A stretch of 64,000 nt of DNA from Gammaproteobacteria bacterium (GTDB taxonomy: Bacteria; Pseudomonadota; Gammaproteobacteria; UBA4575), in assembly GCA_965221955.1 (NCBI GenBank), contig CBDCTA010000029.1, positions 224,001-288,000 of the forward strand, in the 5' to 3' direction. Below are positions 23,235-33,551 of this stretch, in pieces. A program made the translations under genes and the position numbers. Positions within the stretch are counted from its first letter, which is position 1. Each line of letters starts with the position of its first letter. A model generated the notes under the pieces. The model was not told the origin of the DNA and made no database searches. It saw only the letters and a program-made list of their open reading frames with translations.

Positions 23235-23996
23235 ATGCCAAAAACGATAGTTCTTCAATCTCATCGTCAGCCATTGCTTGAAGAGTGGTTGAAAGTTTGC
23301 ATTGATTCAGTAAAACACTGGGCCGAGTTGAATACGTATGATTATGAATGTATTGGAGATGAATTATTTGAGTATCTTTCTACAGAGGTTATAGAAAAAA
23401 CAAAATCTCAAAAGGTGATTGCAACCGATTTAGCTCGTCTTAAAGTACTCAAAGAATATTTTCTCAAAGGCTACGATACAGTGGTGTGGTGCGATGCTGA
23501 CTTTATAATATTTTCGCCTGAAAAATTTAATTTATTGAACGAGACTTTTGCTGTAGGTCGTGAAGTGTGGATACAGGAGAATGATAAAAACTCAAAAAAC
23601 CTAACCGCCTATATCAAAGTCCATAATGCTTTCATGATGTTTAAAAAAGGCAATTCTTTTTTGGACTTTTATCATGATGCAGCTGAGCGTTTGCTGATAA
23701 AAAATAAAGGCCAGATGTCACCACAATTCATTGGTCCAAAGTTACTTACGGCTATTCACAATATTGTTCAATGTCCGGTGCAAGAAACTGCGGGCATGTT
23801 AAGTCCTTTAGTCATTAAAGATATTGCAAAAGGAGGTGGGCAAGCACTGGATTTATTCAAGAAAAAATCACCAAGTAATATTTTTGCAGCAAATTTATGT
23901 AGCTCACTCTTTGAGCGAGGGGAATTTAATGCAGAAATAATTGAAAAATGCTTAGGGGTGTTAAGCAGTCAGCCAGAAGTATTGGCTACTAATTGA
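23235..23996 (+). CDS. Putative GT-A (GT32-like) glycosyltransferase
   Basis: TDLARL...WCDAD (DxD), HNAFM and IGPKLLT resemble GT32 motifs. Confidence 0.55.
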   Translation: MPKTIVLQSHRQPLLEEWLKVCIDSVKHWAELNTYDYECIGDELFEYLSTEVIEKTKSQKVIATDLARLKVLKEYFLKGYDTVVWCDADFIIFSPEKFNLLNETFAVGREVWIQENDKNSKNLTAYIKVHNAFMMFKKGNSFLDFYHDAAERLLIKNKGQMSPQFIGPKLLTAIHNIVQCPVQETAGMLSPLVIKDIAKGGGQALDLFKKKSPSNIFAANLCSSLFERGEFNAEIIEKCLGVLSSQPEVLATN

Positions 23997-24007
23997 GTAA
24001 AATCAGC

Positions 24008-25321
24008 TTATTGATTATCTTCCTTAGAGGAAATCGGGATGATTTTTTTGGCTTCCTGAAATAATTCTTCCAATTCGCGAATACGCGCCTCTTGGGCAGT
24101 GAGTTCAGAGCGCAATGGTGAAACTTGTTGTTTGGCTTGGAATAACACTTTTTCAAGTGAAGCAATTTTACTGTCACGCAGATTAACTGCAGTTTCAAGA
24201 GACTCGATGCGTTTGCGACGACTTAACACTTCTTCGCTTAGTATAGAAATCTTTTCGTCGCGCAGTTTAAGGCTATTTTCTAAAGCAGGAATTTTCTCAT
24301 TTGCATGTTCAACCTTGTTTTGTAAGCTTCTTACGACTGTTCGAGCATCATTGGTTTCAGTTTCAAGTAGTTGAATGCGTTCGCGTTCAGTATCTAGAGT
24401 TTGTTTGAGAGTAGTAATTTCTTCACTGCGTTCATCGAGAGTTTCTCGCAGTACCCCCATTTCTGCCAGTTGCGCTGCACTTGCCTCGATTTTAGCTTCA
24501 TAAGTCTCGATGGATTGTTTGTCTTTTTCGATTTGCTGTATTAGTCCAGCTTCTCTATGGACACGTTGTTCAACTTCACCTTGGAGCTGATAGATTTTAT
24601 TATCCATCTCATCCAGCTCTTCTTGTAAATTATTAATTTGTTTGCCGCGGTTATTGAATTCTTGCTTTAAAGGCCCAAAAGACGCAATTTGGCTATCCAA
24701 TTCTTCTATGCGTGTAGTTAAATGGATACGTTGATCTTCAAGCTCTTTGCTTAATACTTGATTGTCGCTGTCAGCTTGTTTGAGTTGTTCTCTAAGTTCT
24801 TGTGCATCAATAATTTTTGTACGAGCTGAGTCAAGTTCTTTATTGAGACTTTCAATTTCGGTAGCGTTTGATTTTAGTTTAGTAGAGAGAATTTGGTTAT
24901 CCTCATCAGCTTGACCTAATTGAGTTTTTAATGGCTGTAACTCATTAATACTTTCGCGCAAGAAAGTAATTTCTTCGTTAAGCACGTTAACTTCTTGGTC
25001 GCGTTCTTGAATTCGACTATTGAGCAAATTATTTTTCTCAGTGGCTTTGCCCAGTAATATCTTTAACTCTTCAAGCTCAGTAGGAATGATTTTAAACTCT
25101 TCAATGACTTTGGCCTGTTCATTAGAAAATTCAACCGCAACTTTTAATTTTTCCTGTAATTCATCTCGTATAGCAGTAGCAGCTTCATAAGCAGAACGTA
25201 AAGACTCCAACTCGTTGCTTGAATGTTCGGATACTTCAAGGACTGGAATTTCTAAATCCATTTCCAGTTCTAGCGTTTCTGCGTCTTGCTTGCTTTTAGA
25301 TGGTGTGTCGAGCGTAGTCAT
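24008..25321 (-). CDS. Soluble coiled-coil protein, paralogous to the rod of 17231..19114
   Basis: E/L/Q/K-rich heptads; shares LK.LLGKAT and IP.LENSLK.RD motifs with the other protein. Confidence 0.8.
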   Translation of the reverse strand: MTTLDTPSKSKQDAETLELEMDLEIPVLEVSEHSSNELESLRSAYEAATAIRDELQEKLKVAVEFSNEQAKVIEEFKIIPTELEELKILLGKATEKNNLLNSRIQERDQEVNVLNEEITFLRESINELQPLKTQLGQADEDNQILSTKLKSNATEIESLNKELDSARTKIIDAQELREQLKQADSDNQVLSKELEDQRIHLTTRIEELDSQIASFGPLKQEFNNRGKQINNLQEELDEMDNKIYQLQGEVEQRVHREAGLIQQIEKDKQSIETYEAKIEASAAQLAEMGVLRETLDERSEEITTLKQTLDTERERIQLLETETNDARTVVRSLQNKVEHANEKIPALENSLKLRDEKISILSEEVLSRRKRIESLETAVNLRDSKIASLEKVLFQAKQQVSPLRSELTAQEARIRELEELFQEAKKIIPISSKEDNQ

Positions 25322-25686
25322 TAAGTAGTTCTTCCCCTAAACATACAATGAGTAAGAATTCAGCGTATAAATAATCCTGTAAGTACATGAATTGTAATAC
25401 ATCTTGTACAAATTTTTAATCAATAGCAGTAATTATGGGTAGAAATAGAAAAGATTAAAATACAAACAAAATACCTTTACTGTAATTAGGGTATCCAAGA
25501 TGAAGCACTAATCCGAAGGGCATGAAAACGTAGGTTTACTTAAAAGTTCAAAATTTTATACATGTAAATCAACCACTTATCAGAGTTTAAAAAATTATTT
25601 CAGAATATTTATTAATAGCGTCAACGAGTTGTTAGTCCTCTGCGTTGTAGTAAATATCGACAGCTATTAAAGGATGGAGGAGAAGG

Positions 25687-26190
25687 ATGAAAATTAAAAA
25701 ACAGCTTTTGTTGTTTCCTGCAGGGATGCTTTTGTTTGCGATGTCTACAATTTCGCATGCGGAAGGATCAGTGTATGGGAATGTTGGTTATCACGAATAT
25801 CCATGGAGTATTTTGATCGGCTATAACGATTATTATCGAGGATATCGCGATCACTATCGTGGTCATCACCACCATAAGCATCGTCACCATCATTATAAAC
25901 ACAAAAAACATCACTATCGTAAACATCATGATTATGGTCATCATTACGGCCATCGCAAACGACATTATTATGGGCATGATCGGCGCTATTACAAAGATCA
26001 TCACTATCGTAAGCACCATGATTATGGTCATCATGATCGACATCGTTATAAAGATCGCCATCATTACCGACATGATCGCCGGCATCATGTTTCTCGTGAT
26101 CGTCATAGAGATCGTCATGAACATCGCCGAGATCGCAGACATCGAGATGGAGATCGAAGACACCGTGATCGAGATCGTGGGCGAAGATAA
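25687..26190 (+). CDS. Exported His/Arg/Tyr-rich low-complexity protein
   Basis: GGAGG-rich SD region, signal peptide ending SHA, His/Arg/Tyr/Asp repeats, followed by a terminator. Confidence 0.75.
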   Translation: MKIKKQLLLFPAGMLLFAMSTISHAEGSVYGNVGYHEYPWSILIGYNDYYRGYRDHYRGHHHHKHRHHHYKHKKHHYRKHHDYGHHYGHRKRHYYGHDRRYYKDHHYRKHHDYGHHDRHRYKDRHHYRHDRRHHVSRDRHRDRHEHRRDRRHRDGDRRHRDRDRGRR

Positions 26191-26214
26191 TGTGTATCTA
26201 GAATAGACTGTTTT

Positions 26215-26242
26215 AAAAGCCTCGCTCTGCGAGGCTTTTTTT
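26215..26242 (+). terminator. Rho-independent terminator
   Basis: AAAAGCCTCGC-tct-GCGAGGCTTTTTTT. Confidence 0.9.
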
Positions 26243-26287
26243 ATTGGAAAATAAATAATCAAATTAAAAAATCTGTAAGATCAGCGC

Positions 26288-27670
26288 GTGTTACATGCAA
26301 TTAAAAAACGCTGGTCAGAAAAAAGCGGGTATCGTGAAGTATTGGTTATTTCAATTCCGCTTATATTAAGTACAGGTGCATGGAGCATTTTATTATTTTT
26401 TGATCGAATGTTTCTGTCTTGGTATTCAGAAAATTCCATTGCTGCTGCAATGCCATCTGGGATGACAAGTTTCGCAATGCTGAGTGTGTTTATTGGTACT
26501 GCAGCATATGTAAATACTTTTGTAGCACAATATTATGGTGCAGAAGAAGAAGATAAAATAGGTGCTATTGTATGGCAGGGTATTTATTTTAGCTTATTTT
26601 CTTTTTTGCTAATTATTCCAGCATATTTTATAGCAGAAAGTTTCTTTGCGCTCATTGGTCATTCTAAAGAAGTACAAATACAGGAAACACTATATTTTAA
26701 AATATTAATGTATTCTGCCATGTTCATGGTTTTGAATAATGCCTTATCTAGCTTTTTCTCAGGGTTAGGTAAAACACTGGTTGTAATGTGGGTCAGTGTT
26801 CTTATTGCAGTTATAAACATTGTATTAGATTACATTTTTATTTTTGGAAAATTGGGAATTCCATCTATGGGAATTCGAGGGGCTGCTATTGCAAGTAATA
26901 TTGCTGTGATAGCGGGTTCAATCACTTACTTATTGCTAATTTTTCAAAGTAAATATCGCAAGCGTTTTGAACTTGTTTCTTCATGGCGACTAGATTTTTC
27001 TCTTCTTCATAGATTGATTTATTACGGCTTTCCAAATGGCTTGAGGTTGTTTATTGATATGTCAGCATTCACAGCATTTTTAATGTTTACGGGTACTGTG
27101 GGCACACGTGAACAAGTTGCTACTAATATTGCGTTTAATATTGAAGCGTTGGCTTTCTTGCCTATGGTTGGAATGATGATTGGTGTAGCAGTGCTAGTAG
27201 GCCAACGATTAGGTGAGAATAGACCAGAACTTGCAGAGAAAGCTGCATGGTCTGCTATTCATCTTACCTTTATATTTTTCAGTGTTCTTGCGGTGTTATA
27301 TATAACGATACCGCATGTGTTTATTTATCCTTTTACTCTCAACGGGGGGTTAGAGAACATTGAAAATAGTATCGAGTTAATCGCAGTACTTTTGCGATTT
27401 GTAGCATTTTTCTGTCTGTTTGATGCAATTTTCTTGGTATTTATTGGTGCATTAGAAGGTGCTGGAGATACTCGCTTTATTATGAAAATGAGTTTTTTGA
27501 TCTCAATAATTTTATTAGTCTTGCCGTGCTATCTATATATAAAATATTTTGAAGCCAAGTTATTTTTCCTTTGGTGGATTATCACCATAAATGTCGTGAT
27601 TTACTGCGCAGTGTTTTTTTGGCGCTTTCAAAAAGGGCCTTGGAGAAGTATGCGAGTAATTGAAGGGTAA
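26288..27670 (+). CDS. MATE family efflux transporter
   Basis: About 12 TMs; DRMFLS, FIFGKLGIPSMGIRGAAIA, GALEGAGDT. Confidence 0.9.
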   Translation: MLHAIKKRWSEKSGYREVLVISIPLILSTGAWSILLFFDRMFLSWYSENSIAAAMPSGMTSFAMLSVFIGTAAYVNTFVAQYYGAEEEDKIGAIVWQGIYFSLFSFLLIIPAYFIAESFFALIGHSKEVQIQETLYFKILMYSAMFMVLNNALSSFFSGLGKTLVVMWVSVLIAVINIVLDYIFIFGKLGIPSMGIRGAAIASNIAVIAGSITYLLLIFQSKYRKRFELVSSWRLDFSLLHRLIYYGFPNGLRLFIDMSAFTAFLMFTGTVGTREQVATNIAFNIEALAFLPMVGMMIGVAVLVGQRLGENRPELAEKAAWSAIHLTFIFFSVLAVLYITIPHVFIYPFTLNGGLENIENSIELIAVLLRFVAFFCLFDAIFLVFIGALEGAGDTRFIMKMSFLISIILLVLPCYLYIKYFEAKLFFLWWIITINVVIYCAVFFWRFQKGPWRSMRVIEG

Positions 27671-27690
27671 TAATCCTTAATTACAAAAGC

Positions 27691-29412
27691 TTAATTCACC
27701 AGGAACACATTTTTAGGTAACTCTTTGCCAATTCGGGTATTACGACGAATAATTTTTGCAAGCGTAGTGTTCTCTATATATTTCTTGCTGCGACCCTGAA
27801 ATTGTCGTTCGTACCAAAAGCGATCTCCATCACGTAAGCGTTCAAATTGGTCTTTAATGATTGCGTAGAAAGTCTCTCCAACTAATGCATTGGTGACCTT
27901 ATCTTCAGTTAAACCGCCCACCCACAAATCAATTTCATCCACTGAAGCGTAAATACTAGCTAGTTTTGCTTGTTTAGCAGGGTCTGAGGTAATTTCCGCA
28001 AAGCTTGTTACAGCTGCTAGACCATATGCAACTCTAGTGCTGTTATAGCTCGATAAACCATGGTCACGCCCACGTTGAATATTAAGAGAAGCTAAATCAA
28101 ATCCGCCATTACCAGGTTGTCCAAAAAGGAAGTTACGCACGTCATCGATGATGAGTTCATCTAAGTCTTGGCAGCTTTGATTCGCTAAGCCACGAAGTAA
28201 TGGTTCTATGCCGCCTTCATCAATAATTCGGTGTGGTGAGAAAAATGCATCGCGAAGTGCTACGTGTCCATATTTTGTTTCTTTACCTTTTCTATTCAAA
28301 CGTAGAATCTGAGGAGAAAGTAAGCTATGGCCTAATCTAAACGCAGCCGTTGAAAATTCATTTGCAATACTTGCATCGACTTCAGGTTGATAACCTTTAT
28401 AAGGTGATAACGCATTCTCTCCTAGTAAAACAGGTAAGAATTCATTGTAAGTAATAACTTGTAGCTGGGCGCCAACCATTCTGCGTGCGAGTTGATAGAT
28501 TTCGTCTCCACTTAAATATGGATTGGCACGTCCAATTTTTTTCGCTAATCGATTATGCTCACGTACAAATAGGGTATGCATTGCGGTTAAACCAATTTGT
28601 TCGTTAGCACGCACATCACCCGCTAGAAATAAAGTATCTGAGGTGCCACCCGCATTACTCAAACCTTCTGTGTTAAAAGGCAATAATTTTTTCTTACTGG
28701 TTTTCAATTTGCCTGTTTCATCCATGGTACGTAATGCCGTAGCGCGTTCTTCGTCAGAACCATATACATTTGAGGCATCAATCCAGCCTGTAAGCTCATT
28801 AAGTTGTTGTCGAGGTGAATCTATACCTGTGTCTACATCAAAGATAGAGCGGTTAAATGGCATTTGAGCTGTGCCAGTATTGGCAGGATCAAAAAACTCA
28901 TCACCAGCAGGGATCGCAATGGGTGCAGGCTCAGGGGGTTCTACACCATCGGTTAAATCAATATCATGATCAAGGAATTGCCCCCATTGCCATAGCATAT
29001 CGCTGGCTAATTTATAGGTTTGCGTGGCTTGCTGTTGGGCTAATACGGCATTACTAATTGCACGTGGGTTAGGACGGTTTACGCCTGCCATTGCAGAAAC
29101 ACCATCACTATAATCAGAGTTTGCTTTACGAGTTAATGGTGTACCTTCTGCATTCATATTTGGCTGTAGAAGATTATTAAAATGTCCATCGATAGTTCGA
29201 AAATAATAATTCTTTTTTGAATGTATTTTGTATTTATTATGCTTGCGTTTAATTCTACGAATAGGTGAAGTCTTTTTTGCATCATTATCAAAGTCTGCGT
29301 GTTTAAGCAGTTCTTCTCCGGAAAAAACACTATTACTTGCTTGAGAAACAATTGAAAAACTTAGAATGATTACAACCGCAGTTAAAATTGCGGTAGAAAA
29401 CTTAGGCCCCAT
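27691..29412 (-). CDS. Secreted animal-type heme peroxidase (peroxidase-cyclooxygenase superfamily)
   Basis: Signal peptide; WGQFLDHD, LTGWIDASNVYG, GDVRANE, AAFRLGH, DLASLNIQRGRDHG, LRDGDRFWYE. Confidence 0.93.
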   Translation of the reverse strand: MGPKFSTAILTAVVIILSFSIVSQASNSVFSGEELLKHADFDNDAKKTSPIRRIKRKHNKYKIHSKKNYYFRTIDGHFNNLLQPNMNAEGTPLTRKANSDYSDGVSAMAGVNRPNPRAISNAVLAQQQATQTYKLASDMLWQWGQFLDHDIDLTDGVEPPEPAPIAIPAGDEFFDPANTGTAQMPFNRSIFDVDTGIDSPRQQLNELTGWIDASNVYGSDEERATALRTMDETGKLKTSKKKLLPFNTEGLSNAGGTSDTLFLAGDVRANEQIGLTAMHTLFVREHNRLAKKIGRANPYLSGDEIYQLARRMVGAQLQVITYNEFLPVLLGENALSPYKGYQPEVDASIANEFSTAAFRLGHSLLSPQILRLNRKGKETKYGHVALRDAFFSPHRIIDEGGIEPLLRGLANQSCQDLDELIIDDVRNFLFGQPGNGGFDLASLNIQRGRDHGLSSYNSTRVAYGLAAVTSFAEITSDPAKQAKLASIYASVDEIDLWVGGLTEDKVTNALVGETFYAIIKDQFERLRDGDRFWYERQFQGRSKKYIENTTLAKIIRRNTRIGKELPKNVFLVN

Positions 29413-29707
29413 GAGCAGCTCCCTTCTGAAATGTTCTGAGAATATCCGTTCCCAAAGATAGAAAATCTGTTTAGATTAGATAGTAATTATTATTATCACT
29501 GTAATATAGTTAAATATTCTATATTAAATTGTGAGCCACTTTATAGAACAATGACTGCAGAATGAATGTGTATCATTAACTCACTAATTATTAAAACTAA
29601 TTTAATTTTAATAATTGACAATATAAGAATGTTTCATTACCTTGATGGAGATAACTATAAGAATATCGAGCTTTATTATGCTCAACTCTAGTGAACTATA
29701 ACTAGTC

Positions 29708-30730
29708 ATGACTGGACGTATACCAGGTCCAGCACTTCTTTGGTACTCCATTATTATTTTTGGAGCAGCTAGTTCTATTGTTCATATCATTGCAGATATT
29801 GGTAGTCAGCATACGGTTGACGGACGAAATGTCATTTCATTTTGTAATTTATTATTTGCAGGGAATGCTTGTGCAGTCATCGTATTGTTTGCAGTGCATC
29901 GAAAAAAATGGACGCGTGAAACTTTATCTAAGATTACAAAACTAGAGTGGCTGTTTTTATTTATTTTAGCGCTGCTCGCAAACTGTTTAGCACCTTGGTT
30001 ATTTTTTGTAGCGATAGAAACAACGATGGTGACTAACGTTGTATTGGTGAGTCAAATTGAACCTCCTCTGTTACTTTTTTTGGCCTGGTTAGTTTTTAAA
30101 GACAGTATCAGCAAATGGTCATTTATAGGTTCCGTGTTAAGTTTAATCGGTGTGGCCTTAATTGCATTCTTACAGCCCCACACTGAAGGCTTGTTGATTG
30201 GCAAAGGTGAAATCTCTGCGGCTTTTGCAGCAATTACTTATGCGGTTTCTACTGTGTTTGCCAAGATGTATCTCAAGAAGATTCCTATCGGTATTTTTAG
30301 TGTATTTCGAAGTGCTGTCGGTACCATCGCTTTTTTTATTATCGCGGCCTATTTATATGGCTTAGAGCATTTCATCGACATCGGTTCCCCATTTCTATGG
30401 AAATGGATGTTGGTGTATGGCGGCTTAATTATTGTAACCGGGCAGCTTGCTTGGGATTCCGGTGTGCGAAAATCAACATCTGCGGATGTATCACTCGCAA
30501 CTTCTTTTGCCCCAATCGCGGGTGTCTTAGCAGCATTTTTAATTCTTGGTGAGCAACCTACTCAAGCGCACTATGTGGGTGGAGGAGTATTATTACTAGG
30601 TATTGCAATTTGTTTATATGCAACCTTAAAAAAATTACGTGAAGAAAAACTGCAAGAAATAAAGATAGCAGAAAAAGATGCAGTACCTTCTTTAGAAGCA
30701 GAATGTAGAACTGGTTTTAAGGGTGTGTAG
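29708..30730 (+). CDS. EamA/DMT family transporter
   Basis: Two EamA-like repeats with about 10 TMs. Confidence 0.85.
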   Translation: MTGRIPGPALLWYSIIIFGAASSIVHIIADIGSQHTVDGRNVISFCNLLFAGNACAVIVLFAVHRKKWTRETLSKITKLEWLFLFILALLANCLAPWLFFVAIETTMVTNVVLVSQIEPPLLLFLAWLVFKDSISKWSFIGSVLSLIGVALIAFLQPHTEGLLIGKGEISAAFAAITYAVSTVFAKMYLKKIPIGIFSVFRSAVGTIAFFIIAAYLYGLEHFIDIGSPFLWKWMLVYGGLIIVTGQLAWDSGVRKSTSADVSLATSFAPIAGVLAAFLILGEQPTQAHYVGGGVLLLGIAICLYATLKKLREEKLQEIKIAEKDAVPSLEAECRTGFKGV

Positions 30731-30776
30731 AGGTTGGTGTTAATTTAATAATAAAAATAAAATGTAGGAGGTATAT

Positions 30777-31253
30777 ATGTTCTCGCATTTAATGAAAATT
30801 ATTTTAACGGGTGAGCGTAATTGGGAATGGTTGCCGATTTTAGTTGCACGTGTCTCACTTGGTTTATTTTTTGCAGTTTCAGGATATAACAAGCTCTTTG
30901 TGCCTGAAAAACATGCTGATTTAATACAGCTGATGGTAGATATCGGCATGCCTTTTCCTGAATTCACTGCATTGTTTTTAGCATGTGTGGAATTTTTTGG
31001 TGGTTTAATGCTGATGGTAGGATTTTTGTCCTCTATCATTTGCATCGCACTAAGCATTGCCATGATAGTAGCGATCGCAACAGTAGAAATTGAACACGTG
31101 ATACCAAAAGGTATTGGTCCACTAGATTGGATGAGCTGGTTTCTTTATCTGCCACAAGTGATGTACATCATCCTATTTGTTTGGCTGATCACAACGGGGC
31201 CAGGAAGGCTAAGTTTAGATCACTGGCTTGCAAATAAACTAAGTATGCAATGA
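30777..31253 (+). CDS. DoxX family membrane protein
   Basis: RVSLGLFFAVSGYNKL, VEFFGGL, GPGRLSLD. Confidence 0.9.
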   Translation: MFSHLMKIILTGERNWEWLPILVARVSLGLFFAVSGYNKLFVPEKHADLIQLMVDIGMPFPEFTALFLACVEFFGGLMLMVGFLSSIICIALSIAMIVAIATVEIEHVIPKGIGPLDWMSWFLYLPQVMYIILFVWLITTGPGRLSLDHWLANKLSMQ

Positions 31254-31264
31254 GAAAAATTAAA

Positions 31265-31654
31265 TTAGTGAGTCAGTTTTTGGGTTATAGGGTCTAAAGA
31301 CATACCAGGATCAGGCTTTAAACACGTGGCGCATTCTTGCATTTTATTCGTTACTGTTTTAATAATCTGATGTCCTTTTTCACTTAAATGTAAATGTTTG
31401 ATGCGAAAGTCCTCATCGCTATTAGTTTCAATCAGTAATGTATGCTCGGTGAGCAATTCATTTATGTATCGTTTTATTGAAGAAGGTTTGGCTTGTGGAA
31501 TGCGCTTAATAATTTCGTTTCGGCTAATGCCATCATGTAAGAATATATAAAATAAAAGCTCATAGTGGTTCATGCTTAAGTGAGAAGCAGAAGCTGCTCT
31601 CAATGCTTGAATAGCTGCAACACAGCCGGTTATTACATCTTCTTCTGGTGTCAT
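31265..31654 (-). CDS. MarR-like winged-helix regulator
   Basis: HTH-like segment plus wing DFRIKHLHLSEKG (DxR...LT..G pattern). Confidence 0.7.
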   Translation of the reverse strand: MTPEEDVITGCVAAIQALRAASASHLSMNHYELLFYIFLHDGISRNEIIKRIPQAKPSSIKRYINELLTEHTLLIETNSDEDFRIKHLHLSEKGHQIIKTVTNKMQECATCLKPDPGMSLDPITQKLTH

Positions 31655-31842
31655 AACTAAGAGCCCCTGTAGAAGGTTCTATTTTAATTAGATTTTATAA
31701 CTATTAAACAATAGGACCACTTTTGAACCTATTTGTTCTTAGCCATAGTTTGTTCAATATTTATAGTAAGTAAAATCAACCATCTATATATGTGGTTACT
31801 TTATAGCTAATAAATATGTTTTTATTCAGTGGGTTATAAGTT

Positions 31843-32436
31843 ATGGGGTATTTTTGGTTAATTATCATCATTCTGAGTGTGATTGGTTTTATTCTTTATA
31901 AAAAGGAAGGCTTAGAACTCAATAAAATATTTAAACAAATAGCCAAAGACTTCAATGGGCGTGTCATACCTGCTGTTATTACCTACCCATCACTTATTTT
32001 TCTTTATTATGACCAAACTATAGAAGTATCCGCTATGCCCCATGAACATGGTGCATTTACTTATGTATCTTTTACCACTCATAGATACTCTCATGAATGC
32101 ATATTCAAAATAACGAGCAAGTCAAAGCTACCAAAAATTCCAGAAACCAATAAGAACTTAAAAAAGCAAAAATTAAATTTAGAAGAATTTGAAAAAAAAT
32201 TCATTGTGTATGCTAAACACAATGAATATTTAGTTGCGTTACTAACTACTGAGATATGTGAAGCGCTAATGGAGTTGGCTCAAAACTACAGCATAGAGGT
32301 GCGCTATATAAAATTAAATGATGCATTTAGATTTGATCTGCATATTGATCGTGTACTTACTTCAAAGAATGAAACAGTTGAAGCAATTCAACTAACTCAA
32401 CTTTTTATACAGCAAATGGATCGAATAAAACGTTAA
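31843..32436 (+). CDS. Hypothetical protein with N-terminal TM helix
   Basis: 197-aa AT-rich ORF, no family recognised. Confidence 0.65.
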   Translation: MGYFWLIIIILSVIGFILYKKEGLELNKIFKQIAKDFNGRVIPAVITYPSLIFLYYDQTIEVSAMPHEHGAFTYVSFTTHRYSHECIFKITSKSKLPKIPETNKNLKKQKLNLEEFEKKFIVYAKHNEYLVALLTTEICEALMELAQNYSIEVRYIKLNDAFRFDLHIDRVLTSKNETVEAIQLTQLFIQQMDRIKR

Positions 32437-32440
32437 ACGA

Positions 32441-32935
32441 ATGCCCATATGTAAACAAAAAATTAATGCTTCTCAAGACAAAGTATTTAACTATTTAAGT
32501 GAGCTTCAGAACGTGGTAGATCTATATAAAGATAGTGTTCCCATAATAACTATAAAAGACTTAGGTAGTGCCTGTTATGGAAAGAAATACCGATATGAAG
32601 TAGAAAAGACCAAAGGTTCTCGCTATGAAAAACAAGCTTTTGAAGTAGAGATTACAAAATTTGAACCTTATAGAGATATTGCTTGGCTAGTTAATTTTGA
32701 TCGTAGAACAAAGCTAAGTAGAAACACAACATATATTCCCACCATTGTACTTCTTAACTGTACATTAAAACCAAAAAGGGGCTATACCTTGGCATTGTTA
32801 GAAGTGGAATTTGATATGAAATCGAGTTGGTGGATTAAATTACTCTTTTACACCATTATTCGTCTGTTTAAAAATAGAATATGTAAATTACTTATAGAGG
32901 TTCGTAAAGATATAGAGCAGAAGAATGTTCATTAA
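32441..32935 (+). CDS. SRPBCC/START-like hypothetical protein
   Basis: INASQDKVFNYLSE start and EITKFEPYRDIAW are SRPBCC-like. Confidence 0.55.
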   Translation: MPICKQKINASQDKVFNYLSELQNVVDLYKDSVPIITIKDLGSACYGKKYRYEVEKTKGSRYEKQAFEVEITKFEPYRDIAWLVNFDRRTKLSRNTTYIPTIVLLNCTLKPKRGYTLALLEVEFDMKSSWWIKLLFYTIIRLFKNRICKLLIEVRKDIEQKNVH

Positions 32936-32951
32936 ATTAAAATTAACAATC

Positions 32952-33551
32952 TTAGGCTGAAATTCCAGGCATCGGTATAAAATTTTGTAATTGTTTAATT
33001 CTAGCGATCCAATTTTGAAGATGCGGATAAGGTTCCAAGGAAATATTTCCCTCTTCCGCCAACGCAATGTAAGGGAAACACGCAATATCGGCAATTGTTA
33101 CCCTATTAAGGGCAAGCCAATTTTTATCTATTAAATGATTATCGATAATAGTAAGGATTGTTTTACTTTTCTCGTATGCTCTATCAATATCTATATCAAG
33201 ATTAAACTTAAAGTGTGCGCGTGCATCCATTGGGCCACGAGCGATTTCATTACATGCAGTAAATAACCATTGAATTACTTGAGCCATTTCATCAGGATCA
33301 TTGGGGAACCAGCTATCATTGCCATATTTTCGTGCTAAATAAACAAGAATCGCTTGAGAGTCACGTAATATAAGATCACCATCTTCAAGCGTAGGTATTT
33401 CGCCTAAAGGATTTTTTTTAAGATACTCAGGTGCTTTTTGTTCACGATTGGCGATGTCAATTGGCACGATCTCGTAATCAATCTCTAACATCGATAGAAG
33501 TAAACGAACTTTGTAGCAGTTCCCTGAAAATTCAACATCATATAGCTTCAT
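32952..33551 (-). CDS. Glutathione S-transferase family protein
   Basis: SGNCYKVRL, NPLGEIPTL, DSQAILVYLA, TIADIACFPY. Confidence 0.93.
   Translation of the reverse strand: MKLYDVEFSGNCYKVRLLLSMLEIDYEIVPIDIANREQKAPEYLKKNPLGEIPTLEDGDLILRDSQAILVYLARKYGNDSWFPNDPDEMAQVIQWLFTACNEIARGPMDARAHFKFNLDIDIDRAYEKSKTILTIIDNHLIDKNWLALNRVTIADIACFPYIALAEEGNISLEPYPHLQNWIARIKQLQNFIPMPGISA

Noticed and set aside
25768-26262. Met/Ile-rich ORFs overlapping the His-rich gene (minus strand and shifted frame)
   Set aside because: By-products of CAT/CGT/GAT low-complexity codons; only the 25687 frame has an SD and signal peptide.
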